64,000 nt of DNA from Pelagomonas calceolata (taxonomy: Eukaryota). Position 1 is the first letter of the stretch, and every line of letters begins with the position of its first letter. The notes beneath the pieces are model-generated. The model was not told where the DNA came from. It saw only the letters and a list, made by a program, of their open reading frames with translations, and did not search any database. The DNA is taken from NCBI GenBank assembly GCA_918797485.1, contig CAKKNE010000004.1, forward strand, positions 1,178,001 through 1,242,000, read 5' to 3'. This document shows positions 51,277 to 62,500 of this stretch, piece after piece. The translations under genes were made by a program, and so were the position numbers.

Positions 51277-52158
51277 ATGGACCTCCACGCGATCATACCC
51301 GTCGTCCGCGACGCCGACGCCGCGGCGGCCGGCCACCCCGCGCTGGTCGCGCTGCCCCAGGGCGTCGCATACGTCCGCGCGCCGAAGGTCGACCCGTATT
51401 CGGGCAGCCTCGACCTCGCGACGACGCCGCTCGCGCCGACGGACGCCGTCGTCGAGGTCTTTGGCCTCGACCGCAACCTCTTCGACGCTGCGAATGATGC
51501 GAAGAGGCGGGTGCACCTCTGCGTCGGCGGCCCGGGCACGCTCGCCGCCGCGAGGTCCCCGTGCGTGGACCTGACGCCGACGGTGTGTCCGTGGACGGTG
51601 TGTTTCCCTATATTCTGCCCCTGCGCCCTCTGCAACGCGCTCTGCGCGCCCCACGAGGATATGGACTGGCCGCCGTGGGCCGCCCACGCGCTCGTCGTGA
51701 CGGAGAACGGAGTAGTCGGCCGTCGGAACATGCGGCCCGACGGCCACGTCATCCGCCTCGGAGAATTGAGGCACCACGAGCGCGACGTCAACGCCATCGC
51801 CTGGGACGGATTCGACGTCGACAACATAGAAGTCCGAAGCTACGCCGAGGACAAAGATTTCTACTGCGCCGCGCCGCCGGCGCACCCCGATCCGCTCTCC
51901 TACGCGCTTGGCTTCGGGTGCTATGTTCCTTGCTGTTTCTGGGTCTGCCGGCACCCGACGACGCCCGGCCTCTACCGCGTGCGAATCTCGAGCGACCACA
52001 CGGCGAAAGTGACGGCCCGGAACGATTCGGAAAGAATACCTTCGGGGCAGATCGACCTCGTCGCCCTGGCGCGGTCCCCGGAGGATCTGCTCGAGTCGCT
52101 TCGCGCGGCGAGGGCTAGATACGGCGCTCCCGCGGCGGCCGCGATCGAGCGCAGCTAA
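51277..52158 (+). CDS. Hypothetical protein with Cys-rich hydrophobic patches
   Basis: GC3-biased 293-aa ORF with VCPWTVCFPIFCPCALC and GCYVPCCFWVC. Confidence 0.65.
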   Translation: MDLHAIIPVVRDADAAAAGHPALVALPQGVAYVRAPKVDPYSGSLDLATTPLAPTDAVVEVFGLDRNLFDAANDAKRRVHLCVGGPGTLAAARSPCVDLTPTVCPWTVCFPIFCPCALCNALCAPHEDMDWPPWAAHALVVTENGVVGRRNMRPDGHVIRLGELRHHERDVNAIAWDGFDVDNIEVRSYAEDKDFYCAAPPAHPDPLSYALGFGCYVPCCFWVCRHPTTPGLYRVRISSDHTAKVTARNDSERIPSGQIDLVALARSPEDLLESLRAARARYGAPAAAAIERS

Positions 52159-52329
52159 GGCGCGTTGTGTGAGTTTACTACCGTGACGGCAGAGGGTCTG
52201 GCAAGGGGACTTAGGCAGGGGGTGGGACGCAGCGCTGGGCGCGCGCGTCGCGGGGGAAGTTGGCGCGCTGAGCCGGCCGACGGCCGCTCAGAGGCGCGGA
52301 GGACGTCTCCGACGCGCTCGCGCGCGCGC

Positions 52330-54878
52330 TCACGCCTCGGAGACCTTGATCTTCTGCTGGGGGGGCGCGCCGCCGATCGTGCCGAGCGCGCACTCCCGCT
52401 CGCACTGCGCGAGCACGAGCGGGTAGAAGAGCACCGAAAGGCACACGTCGGTCAGCGCGTCGCCGAACTGGATGCCGAGGCCCGTGCGCGTCATGTAGCG
52501 CGTGTACGAGACGACGGTGGCGAACGCGAGGTAGAGCGTCGCGGCGAGCATGCGGAGGTTGGCCTCCCACTGCGAGAAGATCAGGAGGATCGAGCCGAAG
52601 TAGATGAAGATCGCCGAGAGGGCCGTGTACAGGACGACCATCTTCTCCTTGGACATGATCGGGTCCGCGCCGCTCGTCGAGCTCTCGACTTGCGACAGCA
52701 CCTTCCAGATGGGGATAAACGGCGCGACCGCAGCAATCACTATGGACTGAATCCATTCGCCTACCTCGTCCGCCTTCGGCAAGCCCAGGCAGACCGTGCG
52801 CCAGCCCGGGCGGTTCTCGTCGAGGTCGCCGGCCTCCTCGAGGCAACATAGGTAGAGCGCGTGCGACATGTACATGAGGACGACCGTGAACGGGAGGCCG
52901 CACACGACGCTCACGGCCTGGACGCCGCCCAGCGCGCGGGACGGATCGCCCTGCGAGCCCGCGAGCAGCGCGATGGCCGCGGAGCCCTCGGTGAAGGCCC
53001 AGAAGATGCGCTGCGGGAGCGGCGGCTCCTGCTCGCCGTTGGCGCTGATCATGTCGATGACGAGCGAGCCCGAGTCCGACGACGTGATGAAGTAGAACAG
53101 GAGGCAGAGCCAGGCCCAGCACGTGAGGCCGTAGGCGAGGCCCTTGCCGCCGTAGGAGCTGATCAGGTCGAAGAACTGGTCCTCCACGCTGCTGGAGCCG
53201 CCGAAGTCGACCACGTAGCCCTTGTTGTGCTCCGGCTTTGCGTTCTTCATTCTCGTGTCCAGCGGGTGCGTCGCGTCCTTGCCCATGTAGGTCCAACCCT
53301 CATCTGACGCGCCCATGTGGTCCGCCCTCATCTGCATGCCGATGGCCGCGCCGCCGAAGGTGCCAAACCAGAAGATGCAGTAGAGCGTCGGCACGATCAT
53401 CGCGTAGATGATGAACTCGCGGAGCGTGCGGCCCTTGGAGATCTTGGCGAGGAATGTGCCGACGAAGGGGCCCCAGGAGATCCACCAGCCCCAGTAGAAG
53501 ACGGTCCAGCCGGAGAGCCACTCCGAGCCCGCGCCCAGCCCGTCGGGCGTGCCTGCAATTCCGTCCTTGCCTAAGGATCCGCGCACCGCGCTTCCCGTCC
53601 ACGAGTGGTCCGAGTTGAGCCGCGCCCACGCGTCGCACTCCCAGGCGATCTTGGGGAGGTACCAGAGGTAGTAGCCCAAGGACGTCGTCGTCGCGTCGAG
53701 GATGTACATCGTGTCGTCCATGAAGAGCACCGCCGTGACCAGGATCATGCCCATGCCGAACGCGACGTACGAGAGCACGGCGATGCCGCGCTTGAGACCC
53801 ACGGCCACGGAGCACGTGGCGAGCAGCGTGACGAAAACGACGATCCAGCACTGCGTCTTCACGTTGAAGTCGAGTTCGGTCTTGCCTCTGCGGCACGGGA
53901 CCGAGTTGCCGCACGCCGTCTTGCGCATGCGGTCGTCCGCGTCCGAGGTGTACTCGCTGCCGTAGTAGTCAACGCCCATGAACGTGCCGCGGTCCAGGCG
54001 GATGAGGCCCCGGTTGAGCTGGCGCACGCCGAGGCCGAGCGACGTGCAGACGCCGAAGAGGGTGCACATGATCGAGAGGACGTCGACGACGTCGCCGCGC
54101 CAGCCCTCGATCTGCTTGCCCCAGAGCGGGTAGAAGCACGTGCGCATCGTCATCGGGAGCCCGCGGCGGTACGACAGGAGCCCCATGAGCGCGCCGATCA
54201 GGACGTAGGGGATCCAGCCATGGATACCCCAGTGGAAGTAGGACTGCATGAGCGCGTAGTTGGCGCGGTCGCCGTCGTTCATGTGGCCCGAGCGGAGCGT
54301 CCAGTCGTCGTTCGGGGCGGCGCCAGACAGCGTGCCCAGGCGACGGCCCGTGCTGATCGTCGCGACTCGCTCGCCGCCGTAGTGGTACATCGGCTCGGCG
54401 ACGCCCCAGTAGAAGAGGCCGACGGCGACGCCGCACGTGTACATCATGCCGAACCACTGGAGCTTCGAGAACTCGGGCTCGGTGTCGTCGCCGCCGAACT
54501 TGAGGTTGCCGTACTTGGTGAGCATGAGGTAGAAGATGACGCCGAGCCAGACGTTCTGCGAGCCCATGTAGAACCACGTCCACTCGTCGCCGACCCAGTC
54601 GTTCCACATCGCCCACTCCTTGCTCGCCTCCGCCGGCGACACGAGCGTGTAGATGATGAAGGTCCTGCGCGGGGGTCCGGGCGTGAGGGGCGGCAGCGCG
54701 GCGGCGGCGGCGGCGCGCGGGCCGGGGGCAGCGAAAAAAGGGACGCGGCGCGGCGCCAGATGGCCACGATGGAGAGGCCCGTGACGAAGGGGTTAAATTT
54801 CACGTGCCAGGGCTTGCCCTCGCCGAACTCGACGAAGGGCAGCTCGATGCCCCGCCCGGGCTTCAGTTTGTCCGCCAT
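52330..54878 (-). CDS. BCCT-family betaine/choline/carnitine transporter; GC-AG intron 54665-54756
   Basis: PEFSKLQWFGM, FYWGVAEP, FHWGIHGW, WTVFYWGWWISWGPFVGTFLAKISKGRTLREF and TSSDSGS. Confidence 0.93.
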
Positions 54879-55538
54879 GGCGGCGTCGGGGCAGCCCTTG
54901 TTCTGTTTTGGCTTCTGGTCTCGTGCCTGCGCGGCGCGGCGTCGCGCGGGCCCGCGCGCGGCGGCGCAGCGCGGCGGGGCGGGGGCGGCGGGGTCGGGGG
55001 GGCGCTACCTCGGGCAGTTCTTTTGCGTGGCGTCTGCTCCTTTTTGGCGCCAATGTGCGTAACGTCGGAGCTCCGAGAATGGAGCCGTTGCGGGGGAATG
55101 GATTCTTTAGGCCCGGCGCGCGCGGAGACTCGGGGGCGCGCCTACGGAAGAGACGCGTGCCGCCCGAGGGACTCCGCGGGGCCCTCGCGCGCGCGGCCGC
55201 GCGGCCACAAAAGGAGACGCGACGAACAGGCGGGCGCCGGCCTATCAGACAGGCGATCCTTCCGCTGCCCGGCCGTTGCTGGGGAGGGCTCCGGCGGCCG
55301 CCCACCAAGCATGTCGGTGAGCCCGCCGCCGCTGCCAATATACGCCCCGTGCCAATCCCTCGGCACGCGCAGCCAAGCGAAAGCACGCAAATCAGCGTCG
55401 ACCGTCGCTGCGCCACCGCCACGAAAACCGCCGCGCCGCGGCGCCACCCAAAAGCCCGCCGCACCCAACACAACTGACAAACCTGCCGAGTCGCGCGCAC
55501 CCGCAGCATACGAATAAATCACCGCGCAGGCCAACAAA

Positions 55539-56114
55539 ATGAGCGCCCACACGCGCAAGCTCGAGGAGCGCCGCGCCAGAGCGCTCGCGCGTAGAGCCGA
55601 GCTCGGCGCCGAGAACCGGGCTCCCGAGATGAACGCGCCCTGGGCCCTCGGCGAGAGCGAGGCGCCGGCCAAGAGGCAGCCGGTCGCCGCGCCGGTAGCG
55701 CCGGACGCGCCGCCGACGCCCCGCGACCTGGCGAGGGCGAACGCGTCGCGCAACGCCGGCGACAAGGACAGCCGCGCCAACTTCTTCACGGGCGGCGGTG
55801 CGCAAGCTCCCGCGTCGACGGGCAAGCGCCAGTTCGGTCTGAGTTCGCAGACGTCTTCCGATTTGATTGGCGGGCCGTCGTCTCCGGAGCGAAGACCCGC
55901 ACGGTCGTTAGGTGCCACTCTAGACGCGCGGGCCCAGTACGCCATCCGCGCGAACGCCGCGCGCGGCGCGAAGCGGGGCCCGGTCTCGGGCGCGGCCTCC
56001 TACGGAGGGGCGAACGGCAACGGCGGCCAGAACGTGGGCAACTCGCTCGGCGACCGCAACTCCAGTCGTGTGTTGGCGCCGCCGGGCGGCTTCTCGTCCG
56101 TGACCTTCGGCTAG
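55539..56114 (+). CDS. SPIRAL1/Jupiter-like microtubule-associated protein
   Basis: C-terminal GQNVGNSLGDRNSSRVLAPPGGFSSVTFG. Confidence 0.75.
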   Translation: MSAHTRKLEERRARALARRAELGAENRAPEMNAPWALGESEAPAKRQPVAAPVAPDAPPTPRDLARANASRNAGDKDSRANFFTGGGAQAPASTGKRQFGLSSQTSSDLIGGPSSPERRPARSLGATLDARAQYAIRANAARGAKRGPVSGAASYGGANGNGGQNVGNSLGDRNSSRVLAPPGGFSSVTFG

Positions 56115-56402
56115 GTCTCTCGACTCCGTGCTGGCCTCGCCGCTCGACCGCGCCCTCCCACGTTAGACCCCCCCCACGTAAGGCCCTCGTTTCGCTCGAC
56201 CTCTCGTGTTCTTGCGTGGGCAACTATGGAGCCGAGATATGCACCAATTTCCGTCGCACCGGAGTCTAGCACCGGAGAGCGATTACGTCGCGCCGGCGAT
56301 TCTGCTAGCGTTGTAAAGACATACTAGTGAAATGCCGGCGGGCGACGCAACCCAAGCAAGCACGCTTTGTCGTCGCTACCTTGCAGCGATCAGAAAGCAA
56401 CG

Positions 56403-56756
56403 ATGCCGGTCGAGAAGACGGGCGCCCTCAAGGCGCTGGGCACGGTCGTGCACACGGCGTATGATGGGTACGTGACGGAGAGCACCTTCGCCGTCGACGC
56501 CTCAAAACCGCCGCTCTGCTGGCGGACGCAAGTCGCCGGCAAGGGCTTGTCCGGCGAGTGCAAGGGCGAGTCCTGCATCAGCCTCGCGACGGCGAAGGGC
56601 CAGCTCGACGCGTACGCGAGCGGCACGGGCGTCTCGGGCGACTGCGCCGGCATTTTGAAGGCGCTGACGGCGGCGGGCCTCGGCGACCCGGACGCCATCC
56701 GCGAGGCCGAGCGCAAGGCCGAGCAGGCCGCGTACATGGCGGCGGAGGACTACTAG
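56403..56756 (+). CDS. Small hypothetical protein
   Basis: GC3-biased 117-aa ORF ~75 bp downstream of a promoter-motif copy. Confidence 0.65.
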   Translation: MPVEKTGALKALGTVVHTAYDGYVTESTFAVDASKPPLCWRTQVAGKGLSGECKGESCISLATAKGQLDAYASGTGVSGDCAGILKALTAAGLGDPDAIREAERKAEQAAYMAAEDY

Positions 56757-56818
56757 GCGCGTGTGTAAAAAAGGCGCCGGTCGTCTCCGCTATCGATACC
56801 CTATCGAATTCAGTAGCC

Positions 56819-59032
56819 TTACGCGCCGTCGTACCGCGCGAGGAGCGCGTCGAGCGCGTCCCGCTCCGCCGCGCTGAGCGGGCCGGCCGCGCCGAGGTCC
56901 ACGACGACCCGCCGCGGCGCCGGGGCGGGCGCCTCGCGCGGCGGAGCGGGCGCCGGCGCGGCGAAGGCGAACGGCGGCGGCTCGGGCGCGGCGAGCTCGG
57001 GCGCGGGCGCGGGGGCCTCGGGCGGCGGCGCCGCCGCCGCGGGCGCGGGCGCAGCGACCGGCGGCGCGACGGGCGCGGGCGCGGGCGCTTGGCGCAGCGC
57101 GGGCGCGGCCTCGGCGAAGCGCGGCGGCGCGGGCGGCGGCGTCGGCGGCGGGGCCTCGAGGACCTCGAGGTGCAGCGTCTGCTCCGCTTTCACGCCGCAC
57201 GCGGCCAGCGTCGCCGCGTCGTCCCACAGCAGGCCTGCTCGCGGCCCACAAGGGTTGTTATCCCAGCTGACGAACGTCGACGCCCACATCCAGAGCCGCT
57301 GGCGCGCGGGCGCGACGCCGTTCTTGGCCGCGATCCGGTCCTTAAGCGCCCGCACCGTGTCGCCGTACCGCTTGACGCTAAAATTGACACAGGGGAAGCT
57401 CCGGAGGTCGCTCTTGACGTAGATCGAAATCGGACGCTCGTCCGCGACGACGCTCGCGCGCCACCGCGCCGCGCCGACGGGCCGGCCGCCGACGGTCACG
57501 GTCACCTCGACCTCGGGCGGCGCGGCCCGCGCGCGAACAACATAGACGCCGTCGCCCCGGTCGATCACCTCCGTCTGCGCTGTGGATGCGCACGCCACGT
57601 CCCAGCCGCCCCGCGCGACGGAGCGGCCGCGCGCGTCGCGCAGCGCCACGTAGGCCTCGTGCCAGCCCGCGGGCAGCGCTTCCGCCGGCGTCCCAGGGCG
57701 GCTGGACCCGGCGGGCGGCGCTTCGTCCGTCGACGAGCAGGCGTCCCAGAGCGGCCCGGAGACGCCGCAGCGCGACGCGTCCGGCGCGTCGATCGGCGCG
57801 GCGGGCGCCGGGCGCGGCCGCGGCGCCCAAGGCGGTGGCGCGGCGTAGGGCGGTGTGGCCGCCGGCGCGGCCTCGACGGGCGCGGGCGGGCGGCTCGCGA
57901 CGGCGACGAGAATCTCGCCGCCCGCCAGGGGCCAGGCGTCCTCGACGCAGAGGCCGGCGTCCGCGAAGACGCGGAGCAGCTCGAGCGGCGCGCCGGCCCG
58001 CGCGCGGTAGACGTTGCCCGCCTCCGACGTGGCGACGACGACGCCGCCGAACACGCGCGCGCTGCGGCAGCAAACGCCCTTCGCCGCAAGGTCCCCACTC
58101 ATGACTTCGTACGCGTCGCCGCCGGCCACCCACGCGACGACGGACCCGTCGCAACAGCGCGCCACGGCCACGGTGGGCTCGCCAAGGCGGCGGTCTTCGT
58201 GGTCGCACGCGATCTCCACCGGCGGTGGATGCGGCCACGGAAGCCGGCGCGTCCTCCCTCCATCGTAGAACGAGTACTCAAAGATAGAGCCGCCCATGGC
58301 GAGGAAGAAGGCGTAGCCGCCGCCGCAGGCGCAGGCGCGGAACGCGGTGGCGCCCTCGACGACGTCTTTCCCACGTTCCGTAGCGTGCGCGCGCCCCGCC
58401 GCGTCCACTAATACTACATTCCCGCAATCAGCGTCGAGCGCGCAGCACCCGCAGCACTGCTGCCCCCCGTCAAACCCCAGGAACCCTCCCTTTCTGATAT
58501 GTTCGAGGAAGCCCTGGTAGATGCCGTCCGCGGCGCTCGCGACGATTTTTCCGATTGGCATGGCGACCACGACTGCGTTCGGCCGGATGCTCTCGACCTT
58601 GGGTTCGCACTTTAGCGCGAGTTCCTTGGGTCCGCGCTCGCGTGCGAAGTAGGGGATGCCGGGTAGCGACCGCACCGACCCGTCGGCGAAGAGGACGATC
58701 GTCGAGACCTCGTAGCGACACGTGTACCGGCCGTTCGTCGAGACCTCCACGACCGGCGCGGGGGGCGCGCCCACGACGGGCCGCGGGTCAGCCCCGTCGC
58801 GCCACACGAAGAGCGTCGGCCTCGCGTCTTCCACGTCCATGGCGTCGTCGTCGCCGTCCGGAGGCGGCGCGTCGAAGCGCAGCGGGTCATCGGGCCGCCG
58901 GCTCGCGGCGGCCCGCCGCAGCAGCCGGTCGAGCGTCGCGTCGTCGCCGCCCGGGCGTTGCTCGTACTGCGATGTACGCCGGCTCCCGAAGCCGCCGGCG
59001 CGGGCGGGCTCGCGCGCGGGGCGTGTCATCAT
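56819..59032 (-). CDS. RCC1-like + filamin/Ig-like + ubiquitin-like domain protein
   Basis: ACACGGGYAFFL and DGSVVAW (RCC1-like); LRDARG...VIDRGDGVYVV...VTVGGRPV (filamin-like); DTVRALKDRIA...PARQRL...TLHL (UBL). Confidence 0.65.
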   Translation of the reverse strand: MMTRPAREPARAGGFGSRRTSQYEQRPGGDDATLDRLLRRAAASRRPDDPLRFDAPPPDGDDDAMDVEDARPTLFVWRDGADPRPVVGAPPAPVVEVSTNGRYTCRYEVSTIVLFADGSVRSLPGIPYFARERGPKELALKCEPKVESIRPNAVVVAMPIGKIVASAADGIYQGFLEHIRKGGFLGFDGGQQCCGCCALDADCGNVVLVDAAGRAHATERGKDVVEGATAFRACACGGGYAFFLAMGGSIFEYSFYDGGRTRRLPWPHPPPVEIACDHEDRRLGEPTVAVARCCDGSVVAWVAGGDAYEVMSGDLAAKGVCCRSARVFGGVVVATSEAGNVYRARAGAPLELLRVFADAGLCVEDAWPLAGGEILVAVASRPPAPVEAAPAATPPYAAPPPWAPRPRPAPAAPIDAPDASRCGVSGPLWDACSSTDEAPPAGSSRPGTPAEALPAGWHEAYVALRDARGRSVARGGWDVACASTAQTEVIDRGDGVYVVRARAAPPEVEVTVTVGGRPVGAARWRASVVADERPISIYVKSDLRSFPCVNFSVKRYGDTVRALKDRIAAKNGVAPARQRLWMWASTFVSWDNNPCGPRAGLLWDDAATLAACGVKAEQTLHLEVLEAPPPTPPPAPPRFAEAAPALRQAPAPAPVAPPVAAPAPAAAAPPPEAPAPAPELAAPEPPPFAFAAPAPAPPREAPAPAPRRVVVDLGAAGPLSAAERDALDALLARYDGA

Positions 59033-59525
59033 CACTCAGAGCCTGCTTCGCTGCGCAGCGGAGCCGCCAGCCGTGTTTTTGCAAGTGCAGCACACGGCCA
59101 CAAGTGCAGCTTGTCACGCTGCCCCCGCCAAGCGAGACGCCGCACGCGACGCTGATGTTTGAGCGCCGCACGCACGTCGACAGCCGAGTGATAGCACCGG
59201 CTTTGGGATTGCGGAACAGCCTGCGGCGCTCTGCGAGACAAGCCAGATCAGAGACCCTGCCTGGGATGGGTTTATGCCGCGAGAGGTCCTCCCGATCGAT
59301 CGCTGCGCTCGGACGAGGGCTCCCGATGGGCCGGCGAGGTACGTTTTTACCCCCCCATCGTCCCAACACCTTGGGGATAACGCAGCGCGCTCGGACGGAC
59401 GGCCGGGCAGCAGCGGCGCTGGAACGAGCCGCACGCCTCGGCGCGGGAACGCCGCGGAGCATCCGTCTGGAAGACGCGCGTCGCGACGCGCGACGTCGTG
59501 ACGCTCGGGGCAGCCCTAAGCCGCC

Positions 59526-62500
59526 ATGGCCGACGCCCCTCCGGAGCTCACGGAGGCCCAGCAGGCCAAGCTCGCCGCCAAGCAATTTAAACAAGATTCC
59601 CGCAAGCTCGCCAAGGCCCTCAAGGGCAAGAAGCCCGAGCCAAAAATTGAGGCGATCGACCGCTGCCGCGAGGACGCCGCGTTTTTGGCAAAGGGTGAGT
59701 GTTTAGTTCCATTATTACAGCAGTGCGTCTTCAAGAAGACGAAGAAGGGCGACAATGCCGATGTGGTCCAGGCGGCGCTGTCCTGCGCGCGGGCCTTCCT
59801 CGAGGCCGCGCCTGAGTCGCAGCCTGACGAAGAGGAGGGCGCCGCGACGCCGGAACCGCCGCGCGCAACCTTGCTCTTCGAGGCCGCCGAGAAGAAGAAG
59901 AACAAGCTGTCGGGAGGGAAGTTGTTTGCTGATCTACTGGCGCACGAGAACGGAGGCATCGTGGTGGACGCCGCAGCATGCTTAAGGACAGTCCTCAAAG
60001 CAAGTGTTGCGGGCGAGGAGCACCCATACCTAGAACTCGCGGCGTCGGGCGACCCCGTGGGGGCCCTCGTGCACATGATCCTGCAAGGCACGCCTTCAGA
60101 AATATGGCCCGAGGAAGATAATGGTGTAGAGGCGGCGCTCGAGGCCCTCGCGCTACTCATCGAGTTCGTGCCCGACGCCTCGGACCGGCTGGTCGCGTCG
60201 GGTGGCGGCGCCGCGTTAACAACCGTCGCATGCAACGAGATTGTGCCCGAGGAATTAGCCGAGAGCGCTCTACGGTTGCTGGACGCGGCAACTTCAGCAA
60301 GTGGAGGCGCCTCTACATTATTAGAGGCGCCGGGCGCCTCCGTCCAAATCCTCTCATCATCAACAAGTGGCGCCGCGTCGCGATTAAGTATAGTGGAGCG
60401 GCTCCTCGAGGCGCAAGCTTTACGTAGCGACGACGACGAGGAAATTATAGAAACGGACGAGGCGGCCGCGCCGGCACCGGCCTACGCGTTCGACGGGCCG
60501 GGCGTCGCGACGGTCCTGGCGACGGCTTTTGAGTCAGCGGAAAGCGACGCCGTCGCCGTCGCCGCGCGCTGCCTCGGGCGGGCGGTCGTCGCCTTTGGTG
60601 AAGACGCGAGGACGCCGCTCCTGCAGACGTCGTGCGGTCGCCTGCTCACGGCACTTACAAGTGCACCAGCGGGCTCCGAACCACGCCGCTGCTGCGAGAA
60701 GGCCCTCCACCTTTTGGTAAGGAGCGGCCCCTTTTCTCTGGCAACGAGTGATATAGATGCGGCCCAGTTGGCCCAGGCTCTATCAGGTGACGCCGACGCT
60801 AAGACACGGACCATAAACCTCGTCGCCGAGGTCATCAAAACATCCGCGGACGACGTCCCCGCCGTCACCGACGCGTGCCTCGCTTCATTAGTCGGCACCG
60901 TCCAGACGTGGGCCGACTCAAAGGACGAGGACCCGCAACTGTCGCCGCGCGGCGTCGAGGAGCCCGACGCCCCAATTGCCAAAGGCGTCGTTCTGAAAGA
61001 GGCCGACGCGGCCCAGGCATCGTTAACTTTACTAAGAGCGCTCGGATCAAGTTCTCCGGATATTCTCAGTAGAATCGCCGGCGACGCGCGAGAAGCTTTG
61101 GATGCGGCGCTGAGCCGAGGGCCGCGGACGGTGGATGAATTCAAGCGGTTTGATGAGGCGCCCGTCGACGATACGGCGGCGCCGGCGCCGGCCGCGGAAG
61201 CTCCGGTGGAGGATGGAGTGAAGGAGGCCGTCGTCCTCGTGCGGGACCCGCTGCAAACGGCCTGGGACGACGCCGCGTATGCTGGCAATGATATTGCCGT
61301 GCGTTCTACAGTCATGGCCCTGCTCGCGCAGATCGCGCGGAGCTGCGCGCCGGCGCCGGTCGAAGAAAATGACGACGAGGAGGCGGCCCCCGAACAACCG
61401 GGCGAGGTGTCTTCATTGACGGCCTGCGCCATGCTCCTCGACATATTATGTGTCGACCTCGTCCAGAAGGACGGCGCGCCCTACTGGGGCGCGGCCGCGG
61501 CAGACGAAGACGAATTAGTGCGCGAGGACGTCCGCGCGGAGGCGTTGGATCTCTTGGCGGCCGTCGGCGCGGATGAAAACGGCCGGAAGTTGTTGCTGGA
61601 AGCGTCGCGGAGCTGGGTGCCCTCTGGTATGACTCAGATTGAGGAAGAAGAGGCCCCCGCCGCCGAAGACGAGGAAGTCATAGAAGAACAGTTCGCACCC
61701 CCGGAAAACTTAGCAGACCAACGGTGGTGGCCCTACGTCCACGTGCTCGCCGCACCAGTCTGCGTCGCTGCTGATCCTACAGCGACAGCCGCACAACACA
61801 CCGCTTCGGTGGAATTAATCCGAGCGTTATGCTCCGACGATGCAAGACCGAAGGACGACCAATCTTTGGTGTGTGACCGCTTCGCGGCGACGGCCTGCGC
61901 CATGGGCGTCTTGGTACCGCTCTGCGCGCTCGCGTCCGAACAAACGGCGATCTGCGTGGCTCGGTTCTGCGTCGCTGACGAGGATTTTGATCCAAGTGCG
62001 GACTTTGCCGCGACGGCGCGAGCGGCGTCGAAGGCCGTGGCGGACTTGGCTGGAAGGGCCTATGAGCGGGAGAAAAGAATAGCGACGTATGCGGCGGACG
62101 CCTACGAAGCCCAATTCGCTGTTTCCATGGTCGAGGGAGCGGAGGCCTTCGAGGCCCAGCTTCTAGCCTTCGAGGAGGAGCAGGCCGAAGCTCGCGCCGC
62201 GTACGAAGCTCGGGTTGAGGAGGCGCGGGCCGCGGCCGAAGCGGCGGCGGCTGACGAGGACTGCATGGAGGCCGAGGCGCCGATCCCGGCCGTCGAGCCG
62301 TTGGCGTGTGCGCCGGCGCCGGCGTTTGATGACCGAGCGGCGCGTCGCGCAGCCACGGAGGCCGCGGAAGCAGCGAGGAATAGAGTCGTCGACGCGCGAG
62401 GCGGTCCTACCAACAAGCAATGGGCTACCTATTGTCTGGATGCGCGGGCGCCGGATCTGAGGCGAAGGATCCAGGACTCGACCGCATTACTGGCGGCCTG

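Noticed and set aside
53605..58411. Long antisense or alternative-frame Arg/Ala/Pro-rich ORFs (e.g. 53605-55062, 56558-58411, and many others window-wide)
   Set aside because: Shadow ORFs from high GC content opposite real genes, with no domain motifs.
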